Origin: Octopus sinensis
Taxonomy: Eukaryota
Direction: 5' to 3'
NCBI RefSeq assembly: GCF_006345805.1
Contig: NC_043000.1
Location: 134,168,001 to 134,232,000 of the forward strand
Length of the DNA: 64,000 nt
The first letter of the stretch is position 1, and each line of letters begins with the position of its first letter. The translations under genes and the position numbers were made by a program. The notes beneath the pieces are model-generated. The model searched no databases, was not told the origin of the DNA, and saw only the letters and a list, made by a program, of their open reading frames with translations. Positions 1 through 14,200 of this stretch are shown piece after piece.

Positions 1-1654
1 CTAAGTAATGGACAAAGTAATGGAAACCAGTTATTAATCATAATATTGCCAAAAGTGTGCAAGATTAAAAGTTTACTATATACTTAGTCATAATCATCAT
101 TATGTACTGTATTCTGCCAGAACTTGGCAATGAGATTCTTCCACTGTAATACAGAGGAAGTGTTGTGCTTTTATGATGAAAAGGACACTATGAGTGGCAC
201 CCTGGCTCCTCCTAACAACAAATTCTAAGAATGAGAGAGAGGTGGTAGAAGAATCAATCAGGGTACTTAGACTGGTACTTTGTTTTATCAACCCTAGGAA
301 AATGAAAGGCAAAGTTGGCTTTGATGGGATTTGAATACAGAATATAAAGAGTTGGAACAAATACCAGCAGACATTTATTCAACGCCAAAGACCTTCTTCA
401 CTATACTATGTGGTAGAGTCAAAAGAAAAGAAACAAAAAAAAAATTTTGTAATTAAATGAACTTGACCAAGGATCTATGAAAACTCTGGAAAATGCAAGC
501 ACAAGTTATCCATATTGTCATAAAAACAGCAAGGTAAACACCAAAATAGTTGATCAAGACACCCAGGGACTTAGGAAAATTAAGACAGAAATAACTGTTT
601 TGAAAAAAAATCATTATCTCTATTCTGCAAGAATTCTTCACTTGGTCATTGAGACTATTGGTATGATTTATAGGTCATGATGGTAGTGTTGATGATGATG
701 GTAATTGTTATGAGGATACATACATTCAATGCTACAACACAAGAAAGGATAGTAAAGTGAATATTTTTGAACCATCCTATAAAGTTCAATAGATTTCCTA
801 AGTTGTTTTTCTCTCCAAGAAAAATAGATTAATGCAAGACATTTCATGCGAAAAATAAGTAGGAGCAGCAGGTAAACTGACAAATACAGCTTGATGTTCT
901 AACTGAATCTGAGATAGATTAAACTAGTTCTGTAGAGAATAGGTGATTGTAATCAATTTCATTCAAAGAGCCTAGACTCCAATAACTGTTTCAACACCTA
1001 CATTATTAAGATTGATTTCTTAAGCACTTTAATTTCACCTAATTATCTATTCTTGTCAACAAGTTTGACCTCTTTTTGATGGAACAAAGCATCGTAAACC
1101 CAAACTAGCATTAGTTTGATATTAGTGTTTGCAGAACTCGTTGCCTAACAAAATACAAAGGCATTAGCTTCGTTCAGTTTAATATATATAATATGAAGCA
1201 AAAATGTTTTTAGAATACATTCTTGTTAAAAAAAAACAACAACATAATTATCAAAATGTAGCATCATAATCCTCAATTCTAAAAGAAAGCAGATGAAAAT
1301 GCTGATGAGGAGAGATAGAGTATCTACTCAGAAATTAGGTGAAGTGAGTTCAAAATGTCATCATTAATTCAATGCTTAATGATTTAGCCACTTGAAAGAG
1401 AGTAGTGAGAAAAGTATTTTACTCATCTAATGTCTGTAAAGAGACACTAGATTGTACATCAAATCTGAAGAATATGCATCATCATTATTAATGTCCATCT
1501 GCCATGCTGATATGGGTTGGATAACATAATTAGATTCAAACAAACTGAAGAACTTTGTCTACTTTGGTATAGTTTCTATAGCTGAATGCTCTTCCTAATG
1601 CCAACCGCTTTACGAAGGATGTTTGTATGTGTTAGAATAGCTTGTTATTTGAAA

Positions 1655-1876
1655 GGTGGCAAGCTGGCAGAAACGTTAGTACACTGGGTGAAATGCTTAG
1701 CGGTGTTTCGTCTGCCGCTACATTCTCAGTTCAAATTCCACCGAGGTTGACTTTGCCTTTCAGAGTCGATTAAGTAAGTACCAGTTACGCACTGGGGTCG
1801 ATATAATCGACTTAATCCGTTTGTCTGTCTTTATTTGTCCCCTTTGTGTGTAGCCCCTTGCAGGCAGTAAAGAAAA
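1655..1876 (+). mobile_element. tRNA-head SINE, family A (GGCGGCGAGCTGGCAGAA... type), full length with 21-bp TSD
   Basis: B-box-like AGTTCAAATTCC. TSD AGAATAGCTTGTTATTTGAAA at 1634-1654 and 1877-1897. Confidence 0.9.
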
Positions 1877-4800
1877 AGAATAGCTTGTTATTTGAAACTT
1901 CTTTACAGAGGGGTCGAAGTGTTAGAAGATAAGTTCTTAAAATTTTGCTAAAATCAATCTAAATAACAAAACAGTAAATATTGTCTAAAGAGAAAAAAAT
2001 ACTAATTGAAGGAAAATGTGTAATATAATATTTTTTCAAAAGTAAGGAGTGGTGTGTTTACACAAAAAGTTAGATCAATATTATACCAAAAGGAAAGGTA
2101 TAGTATATATTTATATGTACATACTACACTTCTTTTTTCTTGATCTCCATAATACATGAAAACTATAGTTTACCTATTTCCTTTAATCCTAACTATGAGG
2201 CCACATCCAGGATAGTATGACCAGAAGATATACCTATTGACCAAGTTGATATGTAAATCTCTTTAATAATGCTGCACTTTTATCTGGTCAGATGCACTCC
2301 TTGACACAAAAAATTTTTCAAGTAAAGCACTTCATTTTTCATACATCAAACCACCAAGCTGTGTGAGGTTATTGTACATGGGCAACATAAACACTGCTGC
2401 CAAAGGGATGTGTAAGCAAAGACCTACAGACAGTTTCCATCTGAAAATTTAGCTCACAAAGCATTCATTAACCTGAAGCTAAAGTAAAAGACACGTGCCC
2501 AAGGCGATATGCAATAAGACTAAACTCAAAACTATGATTGTGAAATAAACTTCTTAACCACACAGCTATACCAGTGCTTTCTCCAATAGTGATAATATAT
2601 TAAATGCTCATTATACATCATGTGTATGCTCAGATCAGATCTTTATTCATCAAAGTCTAGTTCTTACTTAATTCACAACACATCACATTGATTAAGAAGT
2701 AAAACAGAAATGAATTCACTTAGCTCTTGGCAATACACCTACAAGAATATACACTTCTTAAACATTTGTTTCAATAACTGCTATAAAAAGAAATAACACA
2801 AAGCCATTCCTACCATGACCATCCACTCAATATAGTTCTTAATAAATATGCATTATGTATCATTTAATAGTTGTAAAAATTATTTAATATTTTCAATTTA
2901 TATGAAAAATATTTTATTTTATTGAATAATCTGAACATTATATCAAATTACATGCATTACACATTTCTATTATGGCAAAACAAGTAAAATTCTTAAAAAT
3001 ATGTTCTTGTAGCACTATGTATAGATAAACTATGTACATTACCATCAGGTGCACCTTTATATAACCAAAGCTGGTAATATTCAAAAGATATTTTTGAATT
3101 TGCTCTTTGTTTGTTAAAAATGTATCAACTTTTCCAATATATTTTATGTAGCAATTATAAATCCGACAAGACATTCCTTTTTCCAAACATTTAAGAAAAG
3201 CCAGTGTATATTATAGCTGAGATAATTTCTTCAAGGATTTCATTGCCCCATAACTAAAAGAGCATGTTATACAAAGTGCACATCAAATAAAGAATAACAT
3301 GAGGATTGTTGCAAATAATGAATGGAACAATATGATTACTAATGGTCTTATTTCAATTAATTGTATACAACAGAAAATAATTCTAAGTCAAGATAGAATC
3401 ACTTCTTGTCACATATTACCATCCATCTACTTAGGTACAATTTCTATTTCAAAATTCATTCTAAGTATAATTACTGAAAGAACATGGATGGCTGAGTCAA
3501 CATTAGAATGAAATGAGCAACTGTTAGTGATTTGTATCCTATCATTGGCACTGTGTTGTTTTGTCCACAACCAAGATACTTAATTCCCAATGGCTAATTC
3601 CACCTAGTTCTAAGTAGGTTCTGTATGGAAATGTAATTTCTCTCTGTAAGCAGTAACTTCATTGTAAACTTAATGAGTAACTGATTAGCTTGCAGATGTG
3701 AGTTTAATTGCTCTTGTAAAAAAATAAAAAAGAAAAAAAAAGAGTTGCCTGTGATAGCTTGGCATTCTATCCAGAAGTGTTGGAAGCAATTAAGCTCTGC
3801 TCAGAGCACAAAATAAGATGGTCCACATTTGTGTTGCACCCACCACCTCAACACACTACTATCACCACCACCACCACGCCAAGCCACTTCTATACTCCTT
3901 GCTTTATACAAGCATTGAAATTGCTCATTCTTATCAGCTTGTGTCTCTAATACACATTGCATATAGTCAATTTGCAAAATAAGGTAAAAACCCCTCTGTT
4001 TCATCATCAGAGCTGATCACTGTAGGAATGCAAACACTAATCAAGGTGATATGAATTATAAATTTAATCAATGGCTGCAATCAAATGACTGAAACCGGTA
4101 AAACAACAATAGAATTATTTATACTACACAGTGATCAAGATAAATAAATAAATAAAAATCTACAAAAGACACAGACACAATATGGTACAGACAATGGACC
4201 AGTGGTCAGCTCAATCTTAAGCACAGAACTTGCCATGTATGTAAGATTAAAGGAATCTGCTTCCCTCAGCCTGTTCTGACATTTATCAAGACTGACTTAG
4301 GTAAAATTGACAAGGGCATATATCATTCACACAGCTCATGTCCTGACTATTTATATTAAATACTAGATTAGCTTGGCTAAGAAATGCTAGTATGAAAAAA
4401 CATCAATGTTCAAACAAAGCAATAGATAAATAATGGTCAAATTTCAAACATTCTAACAACTGAAATATTACATAAGAATTGAATGACTGCATTTAGATAT
4501 TGACTGGTTGTAATTAATCAAAATATTATTATTGGAAATTTTAATGAAAAGGTCAGCAATTTATGTTGAAAACTAAAGCTAATTCAGAAATGTCAATGCT
4601 CTTAAAGTATGAAACAAAGTTACAGACAAAGTATCAAGTATACTGGTATTAGTCAATAACAGTTCAGAAACTGATTCTCTGCTTCTATAATTTTACCTTC
4701 AAATTTGTGATTGGTTAGACAGGTTTACAAAGTTTAACATTTAATAAACATTTTATGAGTAGGCATTGAATAATTAGAATAAATTATTTATAAATATTGT

Positions 4801-4961
4801 AGAGAAGAATGAAATAGTTTATTTTAATTACATATATTGAAGTAAATAAAGCTATTTTGATTAAAAAAGTGTGAAATTCCCGAAGTAGAATCCAAGTTCA
4901 TGAGACACACTACAAATACCCTTTATTTGATATTCAGCATGTACATGAAATATGTACTTAC

Positions 4962-5234
4962 TTGGTCAGTGCTAGAGTCGGAATGCATTCGATTAAACTT
5001 CATATTGGGGTCAACTCCAGCCACAGAATGCTCTGGAGGTACATTCATAATGGCACCTCCACCGTGCCGTTGTTGTTGTTGGTGGTGGGGATGATGTTGT
5101 TGGTGCTGCTGCTGCTGCTGCTGTTGATGATGTTGTTGTTGTTGTTGCTGCTGTAGTGGTTGTTGCTGTTGTTGTTGTTGTTGTTGCTGTTGTTGGGATC
5201 CACCTTTCAGAAGGTGAACATCAGGATAACCAAT
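4962..5234 (-). CDS. Internal coding exon (273 nt, phase 0/0) of an unidentified gene. Encodes IGYPDVHLLKGGS-(Gln/His-rich tract)-RHGGGAIMNVPPEHSVAGVDPNMKFNRMHSDSSTDQ
   Basis: On the minus strand a long T tract plus CAG acceptor (AG at 5236-5235) precedes ATT GGT TAT. The exon ends GAC CAA|GTAAGT (GT at 4961-4960). Its length is a multiple of 3, it is open, GC-richer than its flanks, and has mixed CAA/CAG/CAT codons. Confidence 0.85.
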
Positions 5235-5609
5235 CTGAAAAAAAAAAAAAATGTCAAAAATCATTTTTCTGCTAATAATAGTTAAATTCAGAAATAGAAA
5301 ACAGGGACTGAACAAAATATTTTACTGATAATTTTATTAAATTCATTAAAAAAGATTTCAATAAATTTTCAAATTGTTCTTAAATCACAAGTACTCAATG
5401 TAATGAATATTCATATTGTTGCTCTTAGCTCTTCTCTTAGATCTTCCAGTACTGTCAGCACAATGGACAACAAGTCTCCTCCAAACATCCCAATTACCCA
5501 GTTTCCTCTTAGCTACTGGGGATACATATAATCCTCTAACTCCCTTGCCCCTAAAATTGCTGGCCTTGTACTAATTTGAAACAATTATTTGATGTGAGCA
5601 GTAACTAAG

Positions 5610-6190
5610 ATCGAGCAGTAAGTGAAATCAAAATCGAACCAAATTTGTCGACTGGCACCCATGCCAACCTCCCTACACTGGACACTAAACTCTGCTTTCA
5701 AAGACCTGTTGGGACAAGTGAAATCGAAATTGAACCAAATTCGATGACTGGCACCTGTGCCAGTGGAGTGCCAACAGCTCCATCCAAGTGGGATCACTGC
5801 CAGAGCAGCTGTCTGGCACATAAAGAGCACCATTTGAGCATGATCATTGTCAGCGTCGCCTCACTGGCACTTGTGCTGGTGGCACGTGAACAAAACATTA
5901 GAGCAAGGTCGTTGCCAGTGCTGCTGGAGTGACTCTTGTGCAGGTGGCACGTAAAAAACACCATTTTCGAGCGTGGCCGTTGCCAGTACCACCAGACTGG
6001 CCCTCATGCCAGTGGCACTTTAAAAGCACCCACTACACTCTCAGAGTGGTTGGCATTAGGAAGGGCATCCAGCTGTAGAAACTCTGCCAGATCAGATTAG
6101 AGCCTGGCGCAGCCATCTGGTTCGTGAGTCCTCAGTCAAATCGTCCAACCCATGCTAGCATGGAAAGCGGACGTTAAGCGATGATTATGG
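5610..6190 (+). mobile_element. RTE-type 3' end or RTE-derived non-autonomous element with internal ~55-60 bp subrepeats and (GAT)n tail
   Basis: ...ggttggcattaggaagggcatccagctgtagaaactctgccagatc...catgctagcatggaaagcggacgttaa-gatgat. Other copies at ~19020-19440(+), 22520-22765(+), 28960-29095(+), 42240-42470(-), 42560-42705(-), 49850-50035(+), 52275-52690(-). Confidence 0.8.
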
Positions 6191-7664
6191 TTAAATTTCA
6201 TTATAATTCACAATTACAGCCACTAAGAAATCAAGATAAACCACATTAAGTTCTTCTCCAATTTGCACCTCTGAAAATTCCTGAATAAAGCAAATGTGTG
6301 AATCAAGTAAGTATGTGGAAGTATTTACACTTCAATATAGGAGTTGGAGTATAATTAACAGCAAAGCCAAAGTGTTAATTGCTAAGGAATAACATTTCTA
6401 TATTTATTTTGCACACATACTTCTCCAGAGAGATAGATTAAATCTAATATACCTATGGAAGGTTTATTTCATCTCATTCTGAACATTTGTTATAAGCATG
6501 AATCTTAACTCTGACGAAATAAAGCTAAATTCTTAAATTCTCACAGCAGATGTCATTTGAAGAGTTCTAGGCTGTGTTGATTCAGTAAAATATCTTTGGC
6601 TTTACTTCTGGTTCAGAATACAATAAATTCCTTGCATCTCTCATATGAATTGAGATTGCTTATTCTATCTTTAACAAACCGATTATATGTAGGGGTTTAC
6701 AACATAATTCAGATAGAAATCTATCCTGACTACCAACATGATTAAGAAAGAAAGTTACTAATAGTAAAAGGATGAATCAGCCAAAATAGAAATTATCTTG
6801 GCTAATTAGGTTCTGTACATATTTTTAAAAAATCAGTTTCTCAAAGTTAACATTTTAAGCTAAAAGTGGATAAAAATTGCTTAATGATCTAATAGAGTTG
6901 ATATGCATTCCAATTACAAGTGAAAATTATTGTTAATGCAGTATCCAATATTATCTTATACTTTTTTTAACTGGGTAATCAATACTAAGTCAGGAGTTCT
7001 AATCTTACTAAATACAGCTGTTGTAAAATTTTACATTGGAAGCATTTTTTTTTTAATTACACTTTTTAGCAATATTGGCTTAAAACATTTCTACCAATCA
7101 ATGATGCAAAAAGTACTGCACAGGGAATACATTCATAAAATATTTTCCTAAAGTACTCGTGTAAGGCAGATAATTAAAACTATGCTCATATGGATAATGT
7201 GGAAAGAAACCAAGAAATACAATAATAAAAAAGCATTAAGATTAAATTGCATATGAGAGAACCTGACTACGGTTATATCAGTACAAAGTAACTTCAGATA
7301 CTCTAGCGTTCTAAGTTTAAATCAACATCAGTTTGGCAAATGTTTAATGTTTGGTGAAACACACACAAGCTGAAAAATTACTTTCCCAGAAATTACATGC
7401 ATTAAATCAGGCATAGAAGAAAATCTGAAGTTAAAAGTGATTTTTTTAAAAAAAGGAAAGGAAATATATAGTGCACTATGTAAATGAAATAGAAAATAAA
7501 TTGTGAAAAAATACCTTCATCTTCTTTAAATAACATCTTATTTATAGTTAATTGTTCGGAATGATGACAAATGCAGAAATTATCAACATTTGAACACTGA
7601 ATAGCACTATTAAGTAAGAGGCTAATATAGTGTATATACCCGCTATACTAAACTTCTTACTACA

Positions 7665-8018
7665 CAGGCATGGCTGTGTAGTATGAAATTTGCATCCTAA
7701 CCACATGGTTCCAGGTTCAGTCACACTGTGTGGCACCTTGAGCAAGTGTCTTCTATTATAGTCTCAGGTTCACCAAAGACTTGTGAGTGGGTTTGGTAGA
7801 TGGAAACTAAAAGAAGCCTGTCATATGTGTGTTTCCCACCACTGCTTGACAACCAGCGTTGATGCATTTATGCCCATGTAACTTAGCAATTCAGCAAAAG
7901 AGATCAATGGAATAAGTATCATGCTTACAAACAAACAAACAAAAAAAGTACTAGGGTCGATTTATTCAATCAAAATTCTTCAAGGCAGTGCCCCAGCATG
8001 GCCACAGTCTAATGAGAG
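7665..8018 (+). mobile_element. SINE family B, degraded
   Basis: Same blocks as 45466-45838. Confidence 0.8.
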
Positions 8019-9790
8019 AAATTTTACATACACACACACATAAACACACACACACACACAGTAATTTCCATCAGTTTTAACAATTAGTCATCAAGTTGTT
8101 CAAACAATTGAACGCCCTATTAATTGTACTGTAGTGCAAGTAGCTGAGTATTCCACAGACACTTCTCTCCTTAAGGTAATCAGTATCAATGTATGAAGAG
8201 TTTGGCCTTCCAATTACAGGCACAGTCTTTGCAAAAGGGATTGTCACCCTTCCCATCTATTCATTTACAAGGCTTGTCATAGTGTATGTGTTTGTGTGTG
8301 TGTGTGTGTGTGTAAAAAAGAAAAAGAGAGATAAGGGATTATAATCCAAGCTTTGTCCTTGTGAAACACATCTGCCCATTCCAGTAATCAAATGTATGTA
8401 TGTATATAGATGTTTTATTTTGTCTTGAGAATTACAGATAGGAGATACCATACGTTTTCTACATGTGTATACTTTGTAATTCTCATCCTGTAATGAAACA
8501 GCATGGAATTAAAAATATTACCCTTTTTTTTTTACCTATTACTTACTATGACCATCCGATTGGAACCACACACTAGCTGATCAATTCAACACTTCAAGAC
8601 TTAAAAGAGGCTTCAAGTGAGAATGATGCCAACAATGATATCAAGATCTGATGCACAATCACAAACACTATCCCCACCAAAACAAGCAACAGTAATAGAA
8701 CAAGCTTAGGAGGGAATCTTTATACATAATCATTTAACCTGTTGAAAATAGCAACTAAATCTCTCTTTCAAATCATATATTGGACACTATGAACTTGGGT
8801 TCCTACTATGTGGAAGGAAAAAGAGAATGGTTATGGCTGGGATGTCTTTGATAAATAACCATCCCAATTAGGGATGAATTGATGGCGGAAGAGAATAAAT
8901 AACAAACAACAACAACAGAAATCACAAAAGAAAATATGAAAATCACAAAGAAGAAATAAATCGTTGCTGCCATAACAACAATCAAACAATCACCATCATT
9001 AATACAATGTAAAAATGACAATAAGACAAGTTATAGAACTTCAATACTTATAAGAAATAACTGTTCAATAAATAACCTGCCACCATGTCTGTCCAGCACA
9101 AACTTCATTATATGAAATGAGGAAATTATTCCCAGCAAGTGCTTAAGGGATACAAGAAAGGTTTAACCTACAGTCTGGCACCTCTATAAAATGTCAATGA
9201 AAAAAATATAGAGTACCTGAACATCAGATGCCAATACACACCCTCAAGGACATGGTACAGTGATTTGTTTGTATTAAGAAAATAACAGATCAATGAGCAA
9301 CATTTTAAATTCTGGGAAAGACATTACTGCACTAACTGACCTGGTTACAACAAACACAAGACTACTCACATCAACACACAAGGTTATAACAAAATGAATC
9401 CAGAATGACCATCCCATACATCCTTTCCATAACAGAACAGTTTTTTACAGATGAGTAATAAGAGTAAAATTGCTACAGATGCAGAAATAGACAATTCAAA
9501 GTATTTTTCCTTCCATACTGACAGGAAAGAAATCATGGTAAAATTTCCATATAGATCAATGAAAATACCAAACCCCTAGCTCTGTTGCCACACAAGTACA
9601 TATAAAACAATTCACAAAGTGATATGTACAAATTATTGTATAGTTTCCCCGAGATGCCTCAAATCATGGCATAAACCTTAAGGGGTGTCACTTAAAAAGA
9701 TAGAAATTAACCGAACTAGATCAACAAACTAATTTATTCCTTTTAAAAGACTTCATTGTTCCTAAATTCCAATGATCAGATATCAAGATT

Positions 9791-11200
9791 CATCATCATT
9801 TAATGTCTGTTGGTCATGCTGGCATAGGTTGGACTGTTTCACTGGGCTGGTAGGCTGGATGGCTGCACCAGACTCAGTCTTATTTGGCATGGTTTTCTAC
9901 GGGCGGATGCCCTTCATAAAGCCAACCACTCTGGGAGTGTAATTGGTGTTTTTATGTGCCACCAGCACAAGTGCCATTTGTGTGACAGGATGCATTTACA
10001 TGCCACTTGCACAGGTGCCAATTTGCATGACACTAGTATCTGCCATGACTGTGATTTTGCTCAGTTTGATGGATCTTCTTCTCAAGCACAATATAATGCC
10101 AAAGGTCTTGGTCATTGCCTCCATTAGGCCCAACACTCAAGAGGAACTCAGCCAGTTTGCCTCCATGAGACCCAACATTCAAAAGGTGTTCCTTATGTGC
10201 CACCTTATGTGCACTTGGCTTGATGAGTCCTCTGAAGCACAGCATATTGCCAAAGGTCTCAGTCACCAGTCATTGCCTCTGTAAGACTCAAAGTTCAAAG
10301 ACCATGCTTCACCACCTCGTCCCAGGTCTTCCTGGATCTACCTCCACCACAGGTTCCCTCCACAGTTAGAGATCAACACTTCTTTACACAGCTGTCCTCA
10401 TCCATACATATCACATGACCATACCAGCACAGTCGTCTCTCTTGCACACCACATCTGATACCTCTTGTGCCTAACTTTTCTCTCAAGATACTTACACTCT
10501 GATGAACATGCACACTGACATTGCACATCCAGCAAAGCATACTAGTTTTATTTCTTTCAAGCCTACGCATGTTCTCAGCTGTCATAACCCATGTTTCACT
10601 GCCATGCAGCATAGCTGTTTGCACGCAGGCATCAAACAAACTGTCTTTCACTCTGAGAGAGCGGTCCTTTGTTGCCAGCAGGGGTAGAAGCTCTCTGAAC
10701 TTGCCCAGCCTAATCTTATTCTCACAGCTACGCTCCTGGAGTATCCACCTCCACTACTAATTTTGTCACCTAGATAACGAAAGTTATTTACTACCTCTAG
10801 CTTGCTTCCCTGGCAGTTGATAGAGTCTATTTTCTGCACATTTTCAGCATTTATTGTACCTGTGCACCTTCCACAAACAAAAGTTAGTTTCCTTGTTAAC
10901 CTTCCTCTGCTGTTGCTGCACCTTTTATGCGTCCAATGCTTATACTGGGTGCATTTTATGGGGTTTCTACCTACACATTTTCTACAGATTGAGCAGGGCC
11001 ATCTACCTGAAGGGATTTGTGATTTGTCTGCCTTCCTACTTACTATGACTTTGGTTTTTGCTAGTTAACTCTAAGGCCCTTTGAGTCTAGACCTTGCTTC
11101 CATACCTTGGACTTCTTCTCTAGCTCAGTAAAATCACCATCACAACCACAAAGCAGAAATTTCACCTGATCTCATGAACATGCTGTTGTTCATGGGATAA
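9791..11200 (-). mobile_element. 5'-truncated RTE-clade LINE: C-terminal RT/thumb region plus 3' UTR and (GAT)n tail, frameshifted
   Basis: ORF track peptides ...KLEVVNNFRYLGDKISSGGG... and ...FDACVQTAMLHGSETW...RRLERN...VQERRLCWYGHV are hallmark RTE ORF2 C-terminal motifs (YLG, YGSETW, RLxWxGHV). Confidence 0.9.
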
Positions 11201-14200
11201 ATGAATTTATTGTCCAAACAGACAGTTAAACGCTATATTTCTACTTCCAAATAATATAGAATGCATCTACAGTTTGAAATTATTCCAACAGTTTATTTAA
11301 CTACAATACACTGAACAATGTATATTCCACAAGATTTCGTAGTTCAGTATCTGACAGAAAGCAACCCCAAATCTGCTGAAACTAAATTTCTACAAGGATT
11401 ACCAGATATTAATTCAGTGGGGATTAAAAGGAAAAAAATATGAAATTAAATCAAAAGTTTCTCTATGAGAAGCATAACATGAAACTGAAGTCATTTATGT
11501 CAACAATACAAGCTACATGCATTAAATATATTCTAGCAAATAATACCAATGATCCCAAAAATATCTCCAGGGATAAAAATTCCCATCAGATAAAGAAAAA
11601 GTATCTCAAATCAATAAAACCGACAATCTATTAAGAGAAAAATCCAATGTCAGTCAAACATTGAAAATAAAACGGAGTGCTTCTACGAAAATGAAAAAAG
11701 GAATATAGGACACCAGGGTTACAGAAAACAAAAATTCATGTTAAGGTTTTTGACAGACTGACAAAAGAAGCAGCTTAAGGGAATTCCAAAAAAGACATTA
11801 AGGGAAAAGGTGCATTTACTACAGATCCTCACAAAGTAAGTTAATACTACATGAACATTTCAGTGTTCCCTGTAACTAACTGTACACATTCAAAATAGCT
11901 ATGCTGGTTCTCAAAATTGCAACTTTTCATAAAGCAAGAAGTAGCCGCCAGTTACACTGATATAAAAGACGTAATATTTACAATAGATAAAATGTGGAGG
12001 AGTGCAGTAACAGTCACTGATAGTTTATCTTTTACCTCTTACTAGTTTCAGTCATTAGACTGCAGCCATGCTGGGGCACTACCTTGAAGAATTTAGTTGA
12101 ACAAATCAATCAAAGTACTAATTTTTTTAAACCTGGTACTTACTTTATCAGTTTTCTTTGCTGAACTGCTAAGTTACAGGGGACATAAACACACCAATAA
12201 CAGCTGTCAAGTAGTGGTGAGGGACAAACATACAATGAGCTTTTTTCAATTTCCAACCGCCAAATCTACTCACAAGGCTTTGATTGGCCCAATGATAAAG
12301 AAGACACTTGCCCAAAGTGCCATACAGAGGGACTGAACCCATGTGGTTGAGAAGCAAGCTTTTTTACTATAGCCAGGTCTGCTCCTATAGTTTCCTGACT
12401 ATAGGTGCAGGCATCCTGTTAGTAAGTGGTACTTAGCATGGTTTCCATCCAGATAGACCCTCCTTCACAGATTTGCTGCAATTTTTCAGCTTGCTATAAA
12501 AACAGTAGCTGAAGACATCAACAAATGTATTGTATATCTGGGGTGAAAGGCAAAGCTGACCTCAGCAGAATTTGAACTCAGAATGTAAAGACAGACAAAA
12601 TACTGCTAAGCATTTCGCTCAGCATGCTAACATTTCTGCCAGCTCACTGCCTTTAAGCTAAATAGATATTGGCAGGAACAGTAAAAGAGAATAATAGACC
12701 GGCTTAAAATTGTTTGTCTCAATTTTTTTTATATGTATTTGTCTTTTGCATGCACTTGGAATGCCAAACATAATACTGCTTTTGCACCATTTTCAAAATG
12801 GACTTTGTCTATTATTCTCATACTTGAATCATGATTTTTTTATTCACATCTTGAGAGTATTCATATATATATATTCACATACCCATAAGGAAACTCGACA
12901 GTGACTAAGAAATTTGGCCAACTGATGCCTTTGTCAGACTACCTGATAAAACTAATAGTCAGAGAAAGTTCAAAGTCACTGTCAGCCTTTTCTTTGTAAA
13001 AATAAATTCCATGTGATGATGATGATCACTTAAATGTATTCATTAAAATTTCAATTAACAATTGTTTTTCTATAGTATACGTAAACACAAATTATACATA
13101 TATCTTTCTTTCTTTTGCTTAATGTTCAATTTTCCCTGCTAGCAGGAGTTTGGATGGAGATTTAATTGAAACAGGATTTTATGGCTGGGTGCTCTTCCTG
13201 TCACAAACCCTTACTTGTTTTTCCAGATAAGGGGTTTCTTTATTCTGAAAGTTTTTGAAAGTGCAGAGTAGCAAATCAAAGTACCAAAAAGAAATGTATC
13301 TAAAAAGAAAGCAGTGATAAGCATAATATAAACATTCATGCACACATCTACAATAGACTTCCTGCAGTTCCCTTCTACCAACTTTCTTTATGCAGCATTG
13401 GTTAGCTGGAGTCTATAGTAGCAGGCTTTTGCCCTAGGTGTTGTGCAATAGAGCTCAATCTGAAACCACACTGGTGCAGAGTGAACTTAACATAGCCATG
13501 CACCCCCTCCAAACACACACACACAATTACAAGTAGCAAATCACTTAGGCAATTTTAACAGTACTATTTATCCATTTGAAAATCAACAACTAATTCAAAA
13601 ATTGTAAATGTATGTAAGCTTTCAACACTCTGACCTTCTTACAGATATTACAAAACAATTGATAGTATGAGAGATGGTACTGAAAAGGTTTAAAACACCT
13701 TCGAAAAGTAATTCTACTTTTGTTAATGTTATTAATATCAAGACTGGTTAACTATCAATCAAGATAATTAAGTCAGAAACAAGTAGTATAAGGATATAAT
13801 TTGTAGAAAAGTGGGGTGTGTTCAATTTCTGTAATAATAAATTATTAAAAATATATTTTATTGATTGAACATTTTCTTTTAACCTGACGATGAGGATGCC
13901 GGTAGTCAGGGGAATTTAATTTGACCTAAGCAAAATATGACAATCACACACACAGATTATGAAAAATAAAAGATTATTGAAGCGATGATGCAGAAAGGAT
14001 AAAGACCATAGTTAGAAGTAAAATTTCATTATCATTAAATGATGAGAGTAAGAAAGGGAGGTAAGAAAATAAGTAAAAAGGAATATAAGTATGAAAACAG
14101 GATACGAAGGGTGGAAAGTGTTGATTAAAAACTATATAGAGATCACCATTATTATTATCATTTTTCATGTTTTTCTTACTGGCATGCATAGGCTTAGCTG

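Noticed and set aside
1302-1335. CTGATGA...GAAA resembling a hammerhead ribozyme core (also CTGATGA at ~14265 and ~28740)
   Set aside because: No proper stem II closing pair and no compatible stems I/III were found by eye.
1655-1740. tRNA-like A/B box sequences at SINE heads
   Set aside because: No complete cloverleaf, and they continue into SINE bodies with TSDs, so they are not tRNA genes.
5222-5234. IGYPDVHLLKGG resembles the rhodanese/Cdc25 YPxxxxLxGG motif
   Set aside because: It is followed directly by polyQ rather than the conserved helix, and no other rhodanese elements are present.
8547-8738. Segment bounded by TTTTCAACAG and GTAAGT on the minus strand, between the two coding exons
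   Set aside because: Stops in all three frames. It could only be a poison exon and there is no further support.
10373-10839. ORFs with clear protein motifs
   Set aside because: Frameshifted RTE retrotransposon ORF2 remnants, not a host gene.
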